NCBI GenBank assembly: GCA_965217865.1
Contig: CBDCJO010000002.1
Coordinates: forward strand, 160,001 to 224,000
DNA: 64,000 bases
Reading direction: 5' to 3'
Source: Candidatus Latescibacterota bacterium
Lineage (GTDB): Bacteria > Latescibacterota > UBA2968 > SICM01
This document shows positions 52,271 through 62,067 of this stretch, piece after piece; position 1 is the first letter of the stretch, and the number at the start of each line of letters is the position of its first letter. The position numbers were made by a program, and so were the translations under genes. The notes under the pieces were generated by a model, which was not told the origin of the DNA, did no database searches, and saw nothing but the letters and a program-made list of their open reading frames with translations.

Positions 52271-52579
52271 GTAATCCGGCAGAACTGCTCCGACTGCTGC
52301 CCGACTAAGCACGCAACCCAGACGCCGGGGGCGGACGGTTTCGACGTTTCGGAAATTCCTCCGGCAAGTATCCCCTTAGCGCGGCTCCTATCACCCATCG
52401 AATCAGAGGGAACGGAAATGCTGGAAAAATCTTTCCGATCTGCCTGCACCGTTTGATGCTCAGGGTAAGGCTGGATCGGCTTGTGGGCAGCGTTGTTTTT
52501 CGTTATAGCTTGGTTCATTCACAAGAGCCATGCCCATTCGTTACCTGAGACGTCGATCGTTATGCGCCGGGCCTCAAAC

Positions 52580-53391
52580 TCAAGTGCGACGTCCAATCAC
52601 ATGCAGCATCACACCGATGTCTCGGAACTGACTTAGTTCACAGGTCTCAGCGGCTACTTGCATTACGTTTTCGTAGGCTTCGCGATTGGTCTCAGCTAGC
52701 TTTTCGATCGCGGGTTTGAGGCCGGATGCAAATCCCTGTCCACTCGCCGTGCTGATGACCTCCCAGCCCCTTCGGCCAGTTCCTTTGCCGCAACTTTTGG
52801 ATTCCCCCAATATGACTGAGTGAAGGTAGAAAGTTCCCCGGCTTCGAAATGTTGCTCCCCAAGCATGCTCCTGAGAAACTCGATGTCTTCATATCTCCTC
52901 GGGAAATCGTAGACTCCGGCTCCGATTAGACCCCAGGTGTTGAGATAGGAAGCAATACACACACCGCCCTGTCTCACTACACGACTAGCTTCACGAAGGG
53001 CAAGTATGCGGTCTGCACGGTCGAGAATATGGTAGAGCGGCCCCATCAGCAAGGCAGCATCGTAATGTGAGTCTGGGAAGTCCTTCAGATCTCTTGCATC
53101 TCCAACCCTAAAAGTGGCTGCACCGATCTGAGCTTGGGCGATTTTCTCTTTTGCGAGATTAATTAGATCCTGCGAAACATCGAGGAGAGTCACTTCAAAA
53201 CCCCTCCGAAGCAGTTCAATTGCGTACCGTCCCGGACCGCCGCCAATATCCAAAATTCTCCCTTGTGCGGGGAAATGCTTCTCTATTAGATGCATCGTAG
53301 TCGCATACTCCAAGCGCGAATTGGGTTCGGAGAGTCGATCCCATTCACGAATGGGATCAGCGCCGTAGTAGTCTATAAGAGCTTTCGCCAT
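52580..53391 (-). pseudogene. class I SAM-dependent methyltransferase (probable gene cassette), frameshift near 52770
   Basis: ILDIGGGPGRYA, LLMGPLYH; GTTATAT upstream and GCATAAC (52559-52565) after the stop. Confidence 0.8.
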
Positions 53392-53418
53392 CGGTCTTCC
53401 TTGGTCTTGAGGAGTCGC

Positions 53419-53546
53419 ATATAACTGCATTTACGCAGGAAGGCGAAAACTGCACCGCGTCTGACCAGAACCCCGAACCAATCCCGGTTCGGGGGGGGTT
53501 GCGTCCTCCCGACGCCACCAGCGAAATTTCGCTGGGCCTGCGGAAA
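53419..53546 (-). other. long attC-like palindrome (R'' not recognisable)
   Basis: TTTCCGCAGG...CCTGCGTAAA-TGCA-GTTATAT on the minus strand, with internal hairpins CCAGCGAAATTTCGCTGG and CCCCGAACC/GGTTCGGGG. Confidence 0.5.
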
Positions 53547-53784
53547 CAAAATCAAGAAAAGTTTCCCACCTGCAAGCCGCGCATCCGCATGATTGCTCGG
53601 GCTTTGCCCGCTCTTGCGCCCCGACCGCCCGGGGCGTTCCGCGCCGCACATCGAGATTTCGCCATTGAGGGGTGAACGCTCCGGGGACGCCGCAAGTGGA
53701 ACGGCCGACGAGATGAGCAGGCCGCGATATATGCGAATCGACGCCGGATCAAGGGAGATCGCGGCAAGGCCTTGCGCCGAAGTC

Positions 53785-54144
53785 GTGCAGAACGGGTGGA
53801 AAGAACCATCGCTCACACATATGATACCGGTGGCATGCGCAGGTTGCACTTGAGAGACCGCGGCAATATCCTCAAGCGTTTGCTGATCCACATCGGGGGC
53901 TGCAACCTGGCTCTGCTCATGCGCAAAGTGATGGGCGTAGGTACTCCGAAGGCCCTCCAGGACCTGGCCAAGGCCTTGCAGCGTCTACTGCTCGTCCTAC
54001 AATCACGTTTGCTGCCCTCGGTCACCTTTTTAACCTCTTATCAGCGTCTCCTGCTCAATCTCCTTACCTTGATTTATCCGACCCGCACTCCAGGCGTCTT
54101 TTCCGTTTATGTGCGTTGAAAGGTAGTTCTTCAACGGGCTGCTA
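53785..54144 (+). mobile_element. IS1182/IS5-like transposase C-terminus and right end
   Basis: VERTIAHTYDTGGMRRLHLR..NILKR..NLALLMR; end TTCAACGGGCTGCTA. Confidence 0.8.
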
Positions 54145-54159
54145 GCGGATAGGTCGGCA

Positions 54160-56370
54160 TCATTGCCGTTCTTCATACTCCGTTGGCGGTACCGATGGTA
54201 GGTTCAGACCGTGTTCCCGGCAAACGGTGAACGGGATAATAAGAGCTCGATGCCGATAGTGGCCGAAACGGCGAGGATTCTTGGTTGTCCTCACGCCTTT
54301 GATCTGGGTCAAGAGGCGCACGATATTGACCGACGCGAGGGGCGTCTCATGCAAAGCGCTCTTCATGCCATCGTGATTCCACGCAATCAGCAATGTATTG
54401 CGGCTCAACTTAAATCCGTAGCGTACGGTCAGTTCGCGGTGTTCCCATTGTTGATCAATAATACTTTTGCTCACCAGATCGCCGAGAGAAATGTCATTTC
54501 CGGCAGGCACACGGATTCTGGTCGCCATGATCTCATGTAGGGTATCGGAGCCGATATTTTGCGGTACCGCACTGAGCCGAATAGGCGTGTAGTCGTCCGA
54601 CAAGAACCCGGCCCCTGCGGTGAGAGCGGCGATGGTCCACGTCTTTCGGGCCTCCGCTTCTTCCGTCTCCGAGAGGAGTTCGTTTCTAATCTCCTGCGTC
54701 TTTCGCACGATATGCGGTGCGTGGCGGATGATGTGCGTGCGTAGCGCCGCCGCACTGTTCGGTCGCGTTACCTCGTTCATCAGTGTCCGCGCTGCCTGCC
54801 AATCAGCAGTATCTTGGTGGCCAAGCCGGATCGGCATGAGCGGCGATGAGTCCGGGGCGGGCAATTCGAGCCGGAAGCCAGATTCAACCAGGATTGAGAA
54901 ACGATCCTGCGTGATGAGGCCGATGATACCTTCCCTTCGGGTCCGCGGCCCGCTGATGGACTCGGGTTCATGCAACCAGCAAGGGAGCGAGTCGAGGCTG
55001 GCCGCCGTTTCGTTCAGATTCACCGTGGTGGCCTTGGACAATATGCGCATGGCTCCATCAAACAACCACGGCACCAGCCGTCCGCGCAGCATCGTCGTGT
55101 CTTTGTCGATTGGGGTTACCAACGACACGATGGGTGGCTTCGGTAGCGCCCCACCAATCAGTGCAGATACGATCCAGCCGAGAAACGCGCGGCCGTCGTC
55201 GGAAGTGGCCCATCGGTAGCACATCATGGCGTCGTAAAGCGCCCGGCCGAATTCGGGCGCGTGGTTATCATCCACCATTTTTATTGCGGGGCCGGGCCGG
55301 AAAAACAGCCATTCCATCTCCCATAATCGCTTTTCGACACTCAGCTTTCCGTCGGTTCCCGTGACGGCCACGCGGTCGCCTAGGTTGTAGACAATCCTAC
55401 TGCCCTTGTTGTGGGCACCACGTCCCATAGCACGATCCAGTACATCCGCAATCTGCGGCACTCTAGCCGCCTCCAAGAGCGCGTCAGCGACATCAAGCCG
55501 TTTCTCGCGAGACAACCCGCACTGCCCTCGCCACCAACTGAGCGGCGCGATTTCAATCAATTTGTTCTCTCGGGTCAGGGCATCGGGTAGGATATCGAGC
55601 AGTTGGTTCGTCGTTTTAGATTGGATCACTATGTTGCGGCCTTGGAAGCCCAAGACCTTGAAATACTCTGTGTCGTCCATTGACGGGAGTGGCTTGACTT
55701 GTTCGTCGGTGTGCTCAGTCGATTTTCCGGTTGCACCCACGATTTCCTCCTGATCCCGATGTTGGACCGGGTCATCGCGTCCGGTAGGTGAGGACTCCGG
55801 AAGGGCAGCGTCACTCACTACTGGATTGTCAGCCTGTGGACTCGCAACGGCGCTCCAAGGTTGAAAGGCTGCCATGCCGGCAAAGGACAGGGACAGGATT
55901 TGAAGAATTTCTCTCAGGAAACTCTGGGCGGTTGCCTTATCGGCTATGTCCAGATCTGGCTCATGCGGGACGGTTTCGTTATCTAGGCGGCAGTGCCCGG
56001 TTTCACGAACCTGATCGATGATTGCATATTCCAGCCATTCCACATGATCGCGATTCAACCCTCCGCCGGGAGATACGAATACAATACCTCGGTTCCAAAG
56101 CTTGCCTTTCTTATCGTGTTGGCTGATTCGCCTTTTTACGTTCCTCGACTGACCAATATACAGTTGGACGGATTTCGTCTCGCTCAAACAACCTTCCAAG
56201 ATGTAGACGCCGGGGCCGGGGCGCTGCATCTCGCCAAGCTCAAGAATCTCCTTCCACTTCGACCTTGGAAACGCCAGCCCGAGGCCAGTCCAGTTCGATC
56301 GTTTGATCCGGAGTACACCTTGCGTAACGCCGTCCAGCGCATGGATCTCGTAGGTTAGGGGCGAAGCCAT
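54160..56370 (-). CDS. GIY-YIG nuclease fused to a degenerate phage primase/helicase-like domain
   Basis: GVYIL..LYIGQS..RRISQH..LE..LDN; then IAPLSWW, MGRGAH..IVYNLGD, FLGWIVSALIGGALP; no Walker A. Confidence 0.7.
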   Translation of the reverse strand: MASPLTYEIHALDGVTQGVLRIKRSNWTGLGLAFPRSKWKEILELGEMQRPGPGVYILEGCLSETKSVQLYIGQSRNVKRRISQHDKKGKLWNRGIVFVSPGGGLNRDHVEWLEYAIIDQVRETGHCRLDNETVPHEPDLDIADKATAQSFLREILQILSLSFAGMAAFQPWSAVASPQADNPVVSDAALPESSPTGRDDPVQHRDQEEIVGATGKSTEHTDEQVKPLPSMDDTEYFKVLGFQGRNIVIQSKTTNQLLDILPDALTRENKLIEIAPLSWWRGQCGLSREKRLDVADALLEAARVPQIADVLDRAMGRGAHNKGSRIVYNLGDRVAVTGTDGKLSVEKRLWEMEWLFFRPGPAIKMVDDNHAPEFGRALYDAMMCYRWATSDDGRAFLGWIVSALIGGALPKPPIVSLVTPIDKDTTMLRGRLVPWLFDGAMRILSKATTVNLNETAASLDSLPCWLHEPESISGPRTRREGIIGLITQDRFSILVESGFRLELPAPDSSPLMPIRLGHQDTADWQAARTLMNEVTRPNSAAALRTHIIRHAPHIVRKTQEIRNELLSETEEAEARKTWTIAALTAGAGFLSDDYTPIRLSAVPQNIGSDTLHEIMATRIRVPAGNDISLGDLVSKSIIDQQWEHRELTVRYGFKLSRNTLLIAWNHDGMKSALHETPLASVNIVRLLTQIKGVRTTKNPRRFGHYRHRALIIPFTVCREHGLNLPSVPPTEYEERQ

Positions 56371-57039
56371 CTTCTATTCCTAATTATGGTCCTATGGGAT
56401 TCTGCCATATATGTCTTTTCTGCCGGGGCGGCTTCTGCGTCCCTGCCGTTCGGGATCTGAGAAGGGCGGGCAGACCTGGCGAAAGCGTCGGCCGTGAGTG
56501 CCATGAACAGAAACGAAAATGAAATTGGAACCAGACGTTTCATTTTGAACTCCCCGTGGATTTGGCGCATGTGTCTGTTGGAAATCTGCATTCGATCAGG
56601 GCCGCTCCCCCGGTTCGAACTTGGACGGGGAGACGACGTCCGGCGACGTTGGCCAAGTGCGTTCCTTCGTGTCTACCCAACGGCAGATGGAATCCCCGGC
56701 TGCCTGTAGATGGGCAGCGACCTCCACGATACCGGCCCGGCCTTCTTCAGCAGCCGTCTTCGACCAATCTCTCTTCAAGGGAAACCAGACAAACACTGCG
56801 GAAAATATATGAGAATTGGCGTATCCGGTCAACTCTTGAATCCCGTGTAGCCGTTGAATTGGCAAGTGGAAGATGCCAGACGGAAAAACCATTGCTCGGC
56901 CGGGGGCACTCCGTAAAATCACACGGCAGCCGGAAAGTCCTTCACCCGTTTTGTCGTTTCGGATCAGCAGTGTCCGGTCAAGGTTCCGGTGGTTCTTTAT
57001 AACCGTTCAGGTGAAAGACAATTGCGAGGATTCCTGTCT

Positions 57040-57170
57040 GTTTTCGATTTCAATTCGTTCCTGCGTTTCGGCCATAAACACGTTCTTTGAGAAGACAGGA
57101 GCGGACAATGCATTCGGGACGGATCGTCTTCTCGCAATCGATGGACGACCTGCCACATATTGTGGTTTTC
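57040..57170 (+). mobile_element. IS4-family (DUF4372-like) transposase 5' scrap
   Basis: MHSGRIVFSQSMDDLP after an AGGAG RBS. Confidence 0.5.
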
Positions 57171-57524
57171 GGCTTGCCGAAATTGCTCGCAAACAGAAAC
57201 CGCCACGGAGGCACGCAGAAGAGACGCAAGGTAGGAACACGGCACACCGTGCCCGCCCTCACTGATTGTCAACCGACAGCTGCTCCAGATTCACGCAGGC
57301 TTCCTCTCTTCACCGCCTCCGACATCGTTCCTGAAGTACTGGATCACCGTCTCCACCATCCTTTGCTGCCCCTCCTCGGAGACGATCTCCACCGCCGGCG
57401 GGTTAGATCAACCAGAGTTGAACCAACTCCTTAGCTCTCTTATAAACTTGTCCCAGAAGCGTCCCTTAAATATTCCTCCTGGTCTGGTGCTTTGTCCAGT
57501 GCCCTGAGATTACCAATGACCCGA

Positions 57525-57779
57525 TTAATCCAAATCCGGCTGAGCCGTTAATAGATCGGCGAACCAATACGAGGTCGGGTCAAGAGGTGTGTAAAAGAGA
57601 TTAGGCGGCCCGAAGACACCCATCGGATCCAGTCGCTGACCAGGCGGCCACGAAATGATGTAGACTATTCGTTCCGAGTCGGGAAACCACGAAATGCGTG
57701 AATGCCGGCGTCGCCAGACGGAGTTGAGCTCCAGAAGAGAATCCAGGCTCAAAGGTTGTTTACCTTTATCGATGCCCAT
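57525..57779 (-). CDS. hypothetical cassette ORF (possibly truncated)
   Basis: ATG lies 32 nt after the attC R' GTTATGC. Confidence 0.45.
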   Translation of the reverse strand: MGIDKGKQPLSLDSLLELNSVWRRRHSRISWFPDSERIVYIISWPPGQRLDPMGVFGPPNLFYTPLDPTSYWFADLLTAQPDLD

Positions 57780-57811
57780 AAATTAATCCTATACGGGTGT
57801 TCCGCTGTTGC

Positions 57812-57887
57812 GCATAACGTTTCCAGCACTCCCGCAGGGGTTTTGCGAAGGCCCATAGGGCCGAAGCTCGGGAGTGCTGTGTTATGC
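57812..57887 (-). other. integron attC site
   Basis: Minus strand GCATAAC-ACAGCACTCCCG-AGCTTCGGCCCTATGGGCCTTCG...CGGGAGTGCTG-GAAAC-GTTATGC; 76 bp; the upstream stop TAA lies within R''. Confidence 0.88.
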
Positions 57888-58640
57888 GTCGGCGGTCTCT
57901 GATTCTCCTGCCGCGTAGCTTATTACCTCGTCAAGACAATGCTCTGGATCTGAACCCTCCCGAAACAGGTCCTCTATTTCTTCGAAAATTCCTGGGATCT
58001 CTGAGCGGACGACTTCTCGGATAGAACGCCCGGCCTTCAGTCGGAATGCTTGGATGCTCAGTAGTTCACTGGGGATATGATCTAAGCAGATGAGCAACTC
58101 AAGATGAGCTTGCATCGGAAGGAGTTGGTCGATCCGAACCCTCAGGTGCTCCTCGAAGCCGAGGCTTGTCCTCCAATAGGCTTCGGAACAGGCCGGTTCC
58201 AACGTCTCCTGGAAATACTCCCGTCTTTCCGGGTTATCGAAGTACCCGGCTTCCTTAGGGCAGTAAACCAAGTCAGAGAATGCAGAGCAACCCACCCAAG
58301 TTCTCTGCCGTATTTGGTCCGTCGCCTGGATTCCGAGTGATACACTATTCAGCGTTCCACTTGAAACCGGATTCAGATCCCCTTGCCGTCGTCGATTCGT
58401 GTATCCGAAGATACAATTTCGGGGATCAACCCATCTCGGTATCCAGTCGAGGCGATGCCGGTAGTGGGCTTCATAGATAGTTTCGTGACGTTCGGTTGGA
58501 TCCGTTATCTTCCGGGGCTCCAATCCCTCGGCCAAGATGCCACGAAGATTATCAGGCCTGGTTCCGTGGTAGATCAGCCCTGTATCGGTAAAGTCGGCAA
58601 AGATCCAGTTCATTTCTTCCCAAGTCATGACACCAGGCAT
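57882..58640 (-). CDS. gene-cassette protein with ADP-ribosyltransferase-like YHGT motif
   Basis: Start MPGVM at 58640; LIYHGTRPDNLRGILAEGLEP; cassette bounded by GTTATGC (58675-58681) and the attC at 57812. Confidence 0.65.
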   Translation of the reverse strand: MPGVMTWEEMNWIFADFTDTGLIYHGTRPDNLRGILAEGLEPRKITDPTERHETIYEAHYRHRLDWIPRWVDPRNCIFGYTNRRRQGDLNPVSSGTLNSVSLGIQATDQIRQRTWVGCSAFSDLVYCPKEAGYFDNPERREYFQETLEPACSEAYWRTSLGFEEHLRVRIDQLLPMQAHLELLICLDHIPSELLSIQAFRLKAGRSIREVVRSEIPGIFEEIEDLFREGSDPEHCLDEVISYAAGESETADA

Positions 58641-58674
58641 TCTGTCTCCGAGGTTTTGCGTGTTGACCGCTGGC

Positions 58675-58725
58675 GCATAACGTTTTTGTCGAGGGCCGTA
58701 GGCACGAGCCGCAAGCGCCGTGTGA
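58675..58725 (-). other. 3' half of an attC truncated by IS3
   Basis: Minus strand ...CCCTCGACAAAAAC-GTTATGC. Confidence 0.6.
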
Positions 58726-58727
58726 AT

Positions 58728-59030
58728 TTGATATGACCCGGGAAAAGTGGACAGTGGTTTAAGCCGCTTTCTGCAGCGATAGGTGTTCAAAAAGGGCCGG
58801 GGACACATAGTCCAGGTAAGCGTGCAGCCGCTGATTGTTGTAAAACATTTCGATGTACTCGAAGAGTTCGCGCTCTGCATGATCGAGGTCGATCAAGTCG
58901 ACGTGATACAGCCATTCGGTCTTCAAGGTTTTGAAGAATGACTCGGAGACGGCGTTGTCCCAGCAATCGGCCTTCTTGCTCATGCTTTGAACAAACTGAT
59001 GCGCGTCGACGGCCTTTCGGAAGCCATCGC
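58728..59030 (-). mobile_element. IS3-family right-end fragment, copy 3
   Basis: Near-identical to 25112..25412. Confidence 0.85.
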
Positions 59031-59620
59031 AGCAATACTGAATACCTCGTATCGTTCTTGAAAGGCCCGCAGCTTATGGGCGGTAACCCGGATAAACCGC
59101 CTGGAGACATTGGAGGAGGACAGTCCAAAAGCTTCGAATCCCCTTCTCCCCCCCGGAAGTGCAGTAATATAGCCGTTTGGCCGGAAGCTGTCAACCAGGG
59201 AGGCTTCAGATCCGAGCGATCAGAAGGGGCGCCAGCATCTGCATGGCGTCTCATTCCTGTTGGCACACGTTCAGGTCGCGGCCCGTTGGATGACGGCGAG
59301 GTTCGAGACATCCGCCCCGGCCTTTTCAGGGTCTCCAAAAAAAACTCCAGAAATCGCCCCGACTTCGCCGTCACGACCACCCAGACATCCAGGTCCCGCC
59401 GTCGGAGACGCGGCTGATTTGATCCGATGGGGCTTTCTTTTAATGACTGGTAAAACTCCCGAAACTTCCCGGACTTCGCCATCGCGCCACACTGGAGCCA
59501 ACGATAAAAAGCCGTCTCGCTGATTCCTGCACCCTGCATGCGTCCATGTTCCACAACTTCCTCAAATACAAGGGGTTCTCTCTCTGGCGTGACGGTGAGC
59601 GGTTAGGAAAAGGGTGCAGT

Positions 59621-61502
59621 TGGGGAGCCATATTCCCATCCGCCAACTTAGGCGGTCGTCCGTTAACGCAAGACCCCGTGGGGCAACCTTTCGGGGTCTT
59701 GTCGCTTCTGCCGTATTCACAAACGCTTGTGCCACCTCTCCCCCTCTCTACCGGTTCTCTGTTTCGAAGCGTTTCCCCCGGTGTTCGAGCGCAACCGTGG
59801 GGGTTGCGTCCGCTGAGCAGAGATATCTCTTCCGGATTCTCCGATTCTCTGTTTTTCCCGTCGGCCTTGTTTAACAGCCCGGTTGCGTCCTTTCGACGTT
59901 TCGGAAGGTTCCTCCGGCAAGTATTCACCGGAAGCCGGACCGGCAGGTCCGGTCACCAGCTTACGAGCAGATCACCGGACAGCAGAGGCGGCCGTGCGCC
60001 CGGAGTCCGAAACCGTAGCTGGCGCAGCCCCCAGTCCCAGCCCGAGCGACGCCTTCTCCGGCGATTTTAGCAAGGCTTATCAAAGGCGCGCACGGTTCCC
60101 CCAAGGCGTGCGGGGAGATCCGTAAGGCCCGGTTCGTGGCCGCCTCTACGAGGGCTCTCCAGCATGGAATCCACACCTGGCGATCATGTTCAGGGACGAG
60201 CGGCCGGGGAAACGATAGGAGGGGAACGCGATGCCGCAGAACCCAACGCTGGAGGAGCGGCGTCTGCTGACGTTGCGCCTGCGCATCGCGGGCTGGAGCT
60301 ATCGCGAGATCGCGACACGGGTCGGAGTGTCCCCGACGCAGGTCTTCCATCTCAGCAAGGAGAAACCATGAGTAAAGACAAACTAGTACCAACCTGCGAA
60401 AATTCGCGTAATCTGATTGCCTAGCAAAAACAGGATGTTAAGGGCGGATTTGCACGCATAAACTTGTGCAGCTAAGTACTAGAAGACGCCGCAAAGAAAA
60501 GGTTGAGAGAAGAAACTGAGCCGGTCGAGCGCAGCGATGCGCCGGGGAAGAAACCGGAGAAGCCGGAGAATCCAGGGGGATTCAGGGACCTGTTCGAGGA
60601 TATGTGGGGTCACTTCGAGAACCCCCAGGATTCAAAAAAAAGGAAAATGCGATGAGTTCGGTAGTTTGGGACAGAGACAACCTGATCCAAAAAGTCGGAG
60701 GCAACGTCGAAGAACTGGGGCATGTGAAGTACGACCAGCACTCGAACGAGTACGTCCTTTGGCTTAAGGACACACGCGACGTGTTCGGCACCAACAAAGG
60801 GTACATACGAGGCGACTCCTTCCCGTCGATGAAGGATGCCAAGCAGCACGCCGCTCTCTCCAAGTCCGCTTGGCTTTTGCACTACATGTGGATGGTCGGC
60901 CTGCGCGACGACGGAAATAAAACCGGCAAAGACGTTACCCAGGGCATAGAAGATTCCGAAAGCGGTAAGCCGCTGACGGTGTCAACGTTCAAGGAAGAAA
61001 TGGACAAGCTCACGGACAATCTAGATAGGGCGGAGAAAGAAGCAAGCGAGAAAGAAAGAAAATCCGTAAAGCGAGATATTTGCTTTTTCGTCGCCGGACT
61101 TGGCATCGGATTGGTCGGAATTTTTGTATAATTTCCGTCCAAAGGTATTGCCAATCGAATCTCTCCTGCAATACCGTTTCGCAACGTCCAAGCTTTTGAA
61201 AACCCGTCTCGGGTCGGATCGTAGTTACAGGCGCATGATGGAAGTTCAGGCCCGGCAACTGTGACGCTGTCGGAAGCTGCGGCGAAGGAACCGACGCGTG
61301 AGGAGATTGCCCCGGAGTTGCCCCCCAAATGTATGAAGTGGGCGAAAAGGAACCGCACAGGCTGTACGGCTGGTCCGTCTTGACCGCCGACCTGCTCGAC
61401 AAGGCCCTTCATCTCACGAATGAGCGCAGCTGCTTCCCGCCGCTCTGCTTTGCCTGGGGTTGTTCCTCCAATTTCGATTGAATCCTTCCCCCACCGAGCT
61501 TG
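59621..61502 (+). repeat. ~1.88-kb direct repeat, copy 2
   Basis: Matches 19443..21323. Confidence 0.95.
60652..61131 (+). CDS. hypothetical membrane-anchored protein (copy 2)
   Basis: Identical to 20474..20953 except one G>E change. Confidence 0.7.
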   Translation: MSSVVWDRDNLIQKVGGNVEELGHVKYDQHSNEYVLWLKDTRDVFGTNKGYIRGDSFPSMKDAKQHAALSKSAWLLHYMWMVGLRDDGNKTGKDVTQGIEDSESGKPLTVSTFKEEMDKLTDNLDRAEKEASEKERKSVKRDICFFVAGLGIGLVGIFV

Positions 61503-62067
61503 CCGCCGGGAAGGTGGATGGCATCCCGCCGGCATCCGATCCTATGGCGGCTCACTGTGCAGCCGGGCCGGAACTTCCTTCCGGTGCCTTGAGGCGGACG
61601 ATGCACCGCCGGTCTCGATTATGTGGACACGCGTACTGTCCGGGGGCCGTCCTGGCCGAGGAACGCGGCTGGCGAGAACTGCCCGTTCCCGCCATTGGGC
61701 AAGATGGTGTTCAGGCGCTTGGCCCTGACCTGACCGCTCGCCTCGGCGATCTGACGAATCTGCTTGCGATCTCCAGCGGATGAGGCCCCGAGGGACTCTC
61801 CCGACGCGCCATGTATCCGGCCTGCCCAAATTTGAACTGGTTTAAACGGTCATTCCTTGATATATTTGTCGATCGACTACAGAGAGGACTCCGTCATGGC
61901 AGACGTATCGATCCAGGCCCATGACCGTCCGGGACTTGGCAGGGCGCCTGAACGTTGCCGGGCTTCAAGGGAGCCGGCGCATGGAGGTTCAAGCCGTCGG
62001 ACCTTGACGAATGGATCGGCCTGCAAGAAAAGTCCGCCGCAGGCCAAGCGGTTGAAGGAGACAAAGC

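Noticed and set aside
38907-54144. 15-kb composite transposon bounded by matching IS1182-like ends
   Set aside because: The interior is a mosaic in mixed orientations and the transposase middle is missing between the two pieces, so independent remnants explain it equally well.
59430-59554. Terminase small-subunit-like scrap (AGISETAFYRWL) suggesting a prophage
   Set aside because: About 40 codons only; no structural phage genes in the window.
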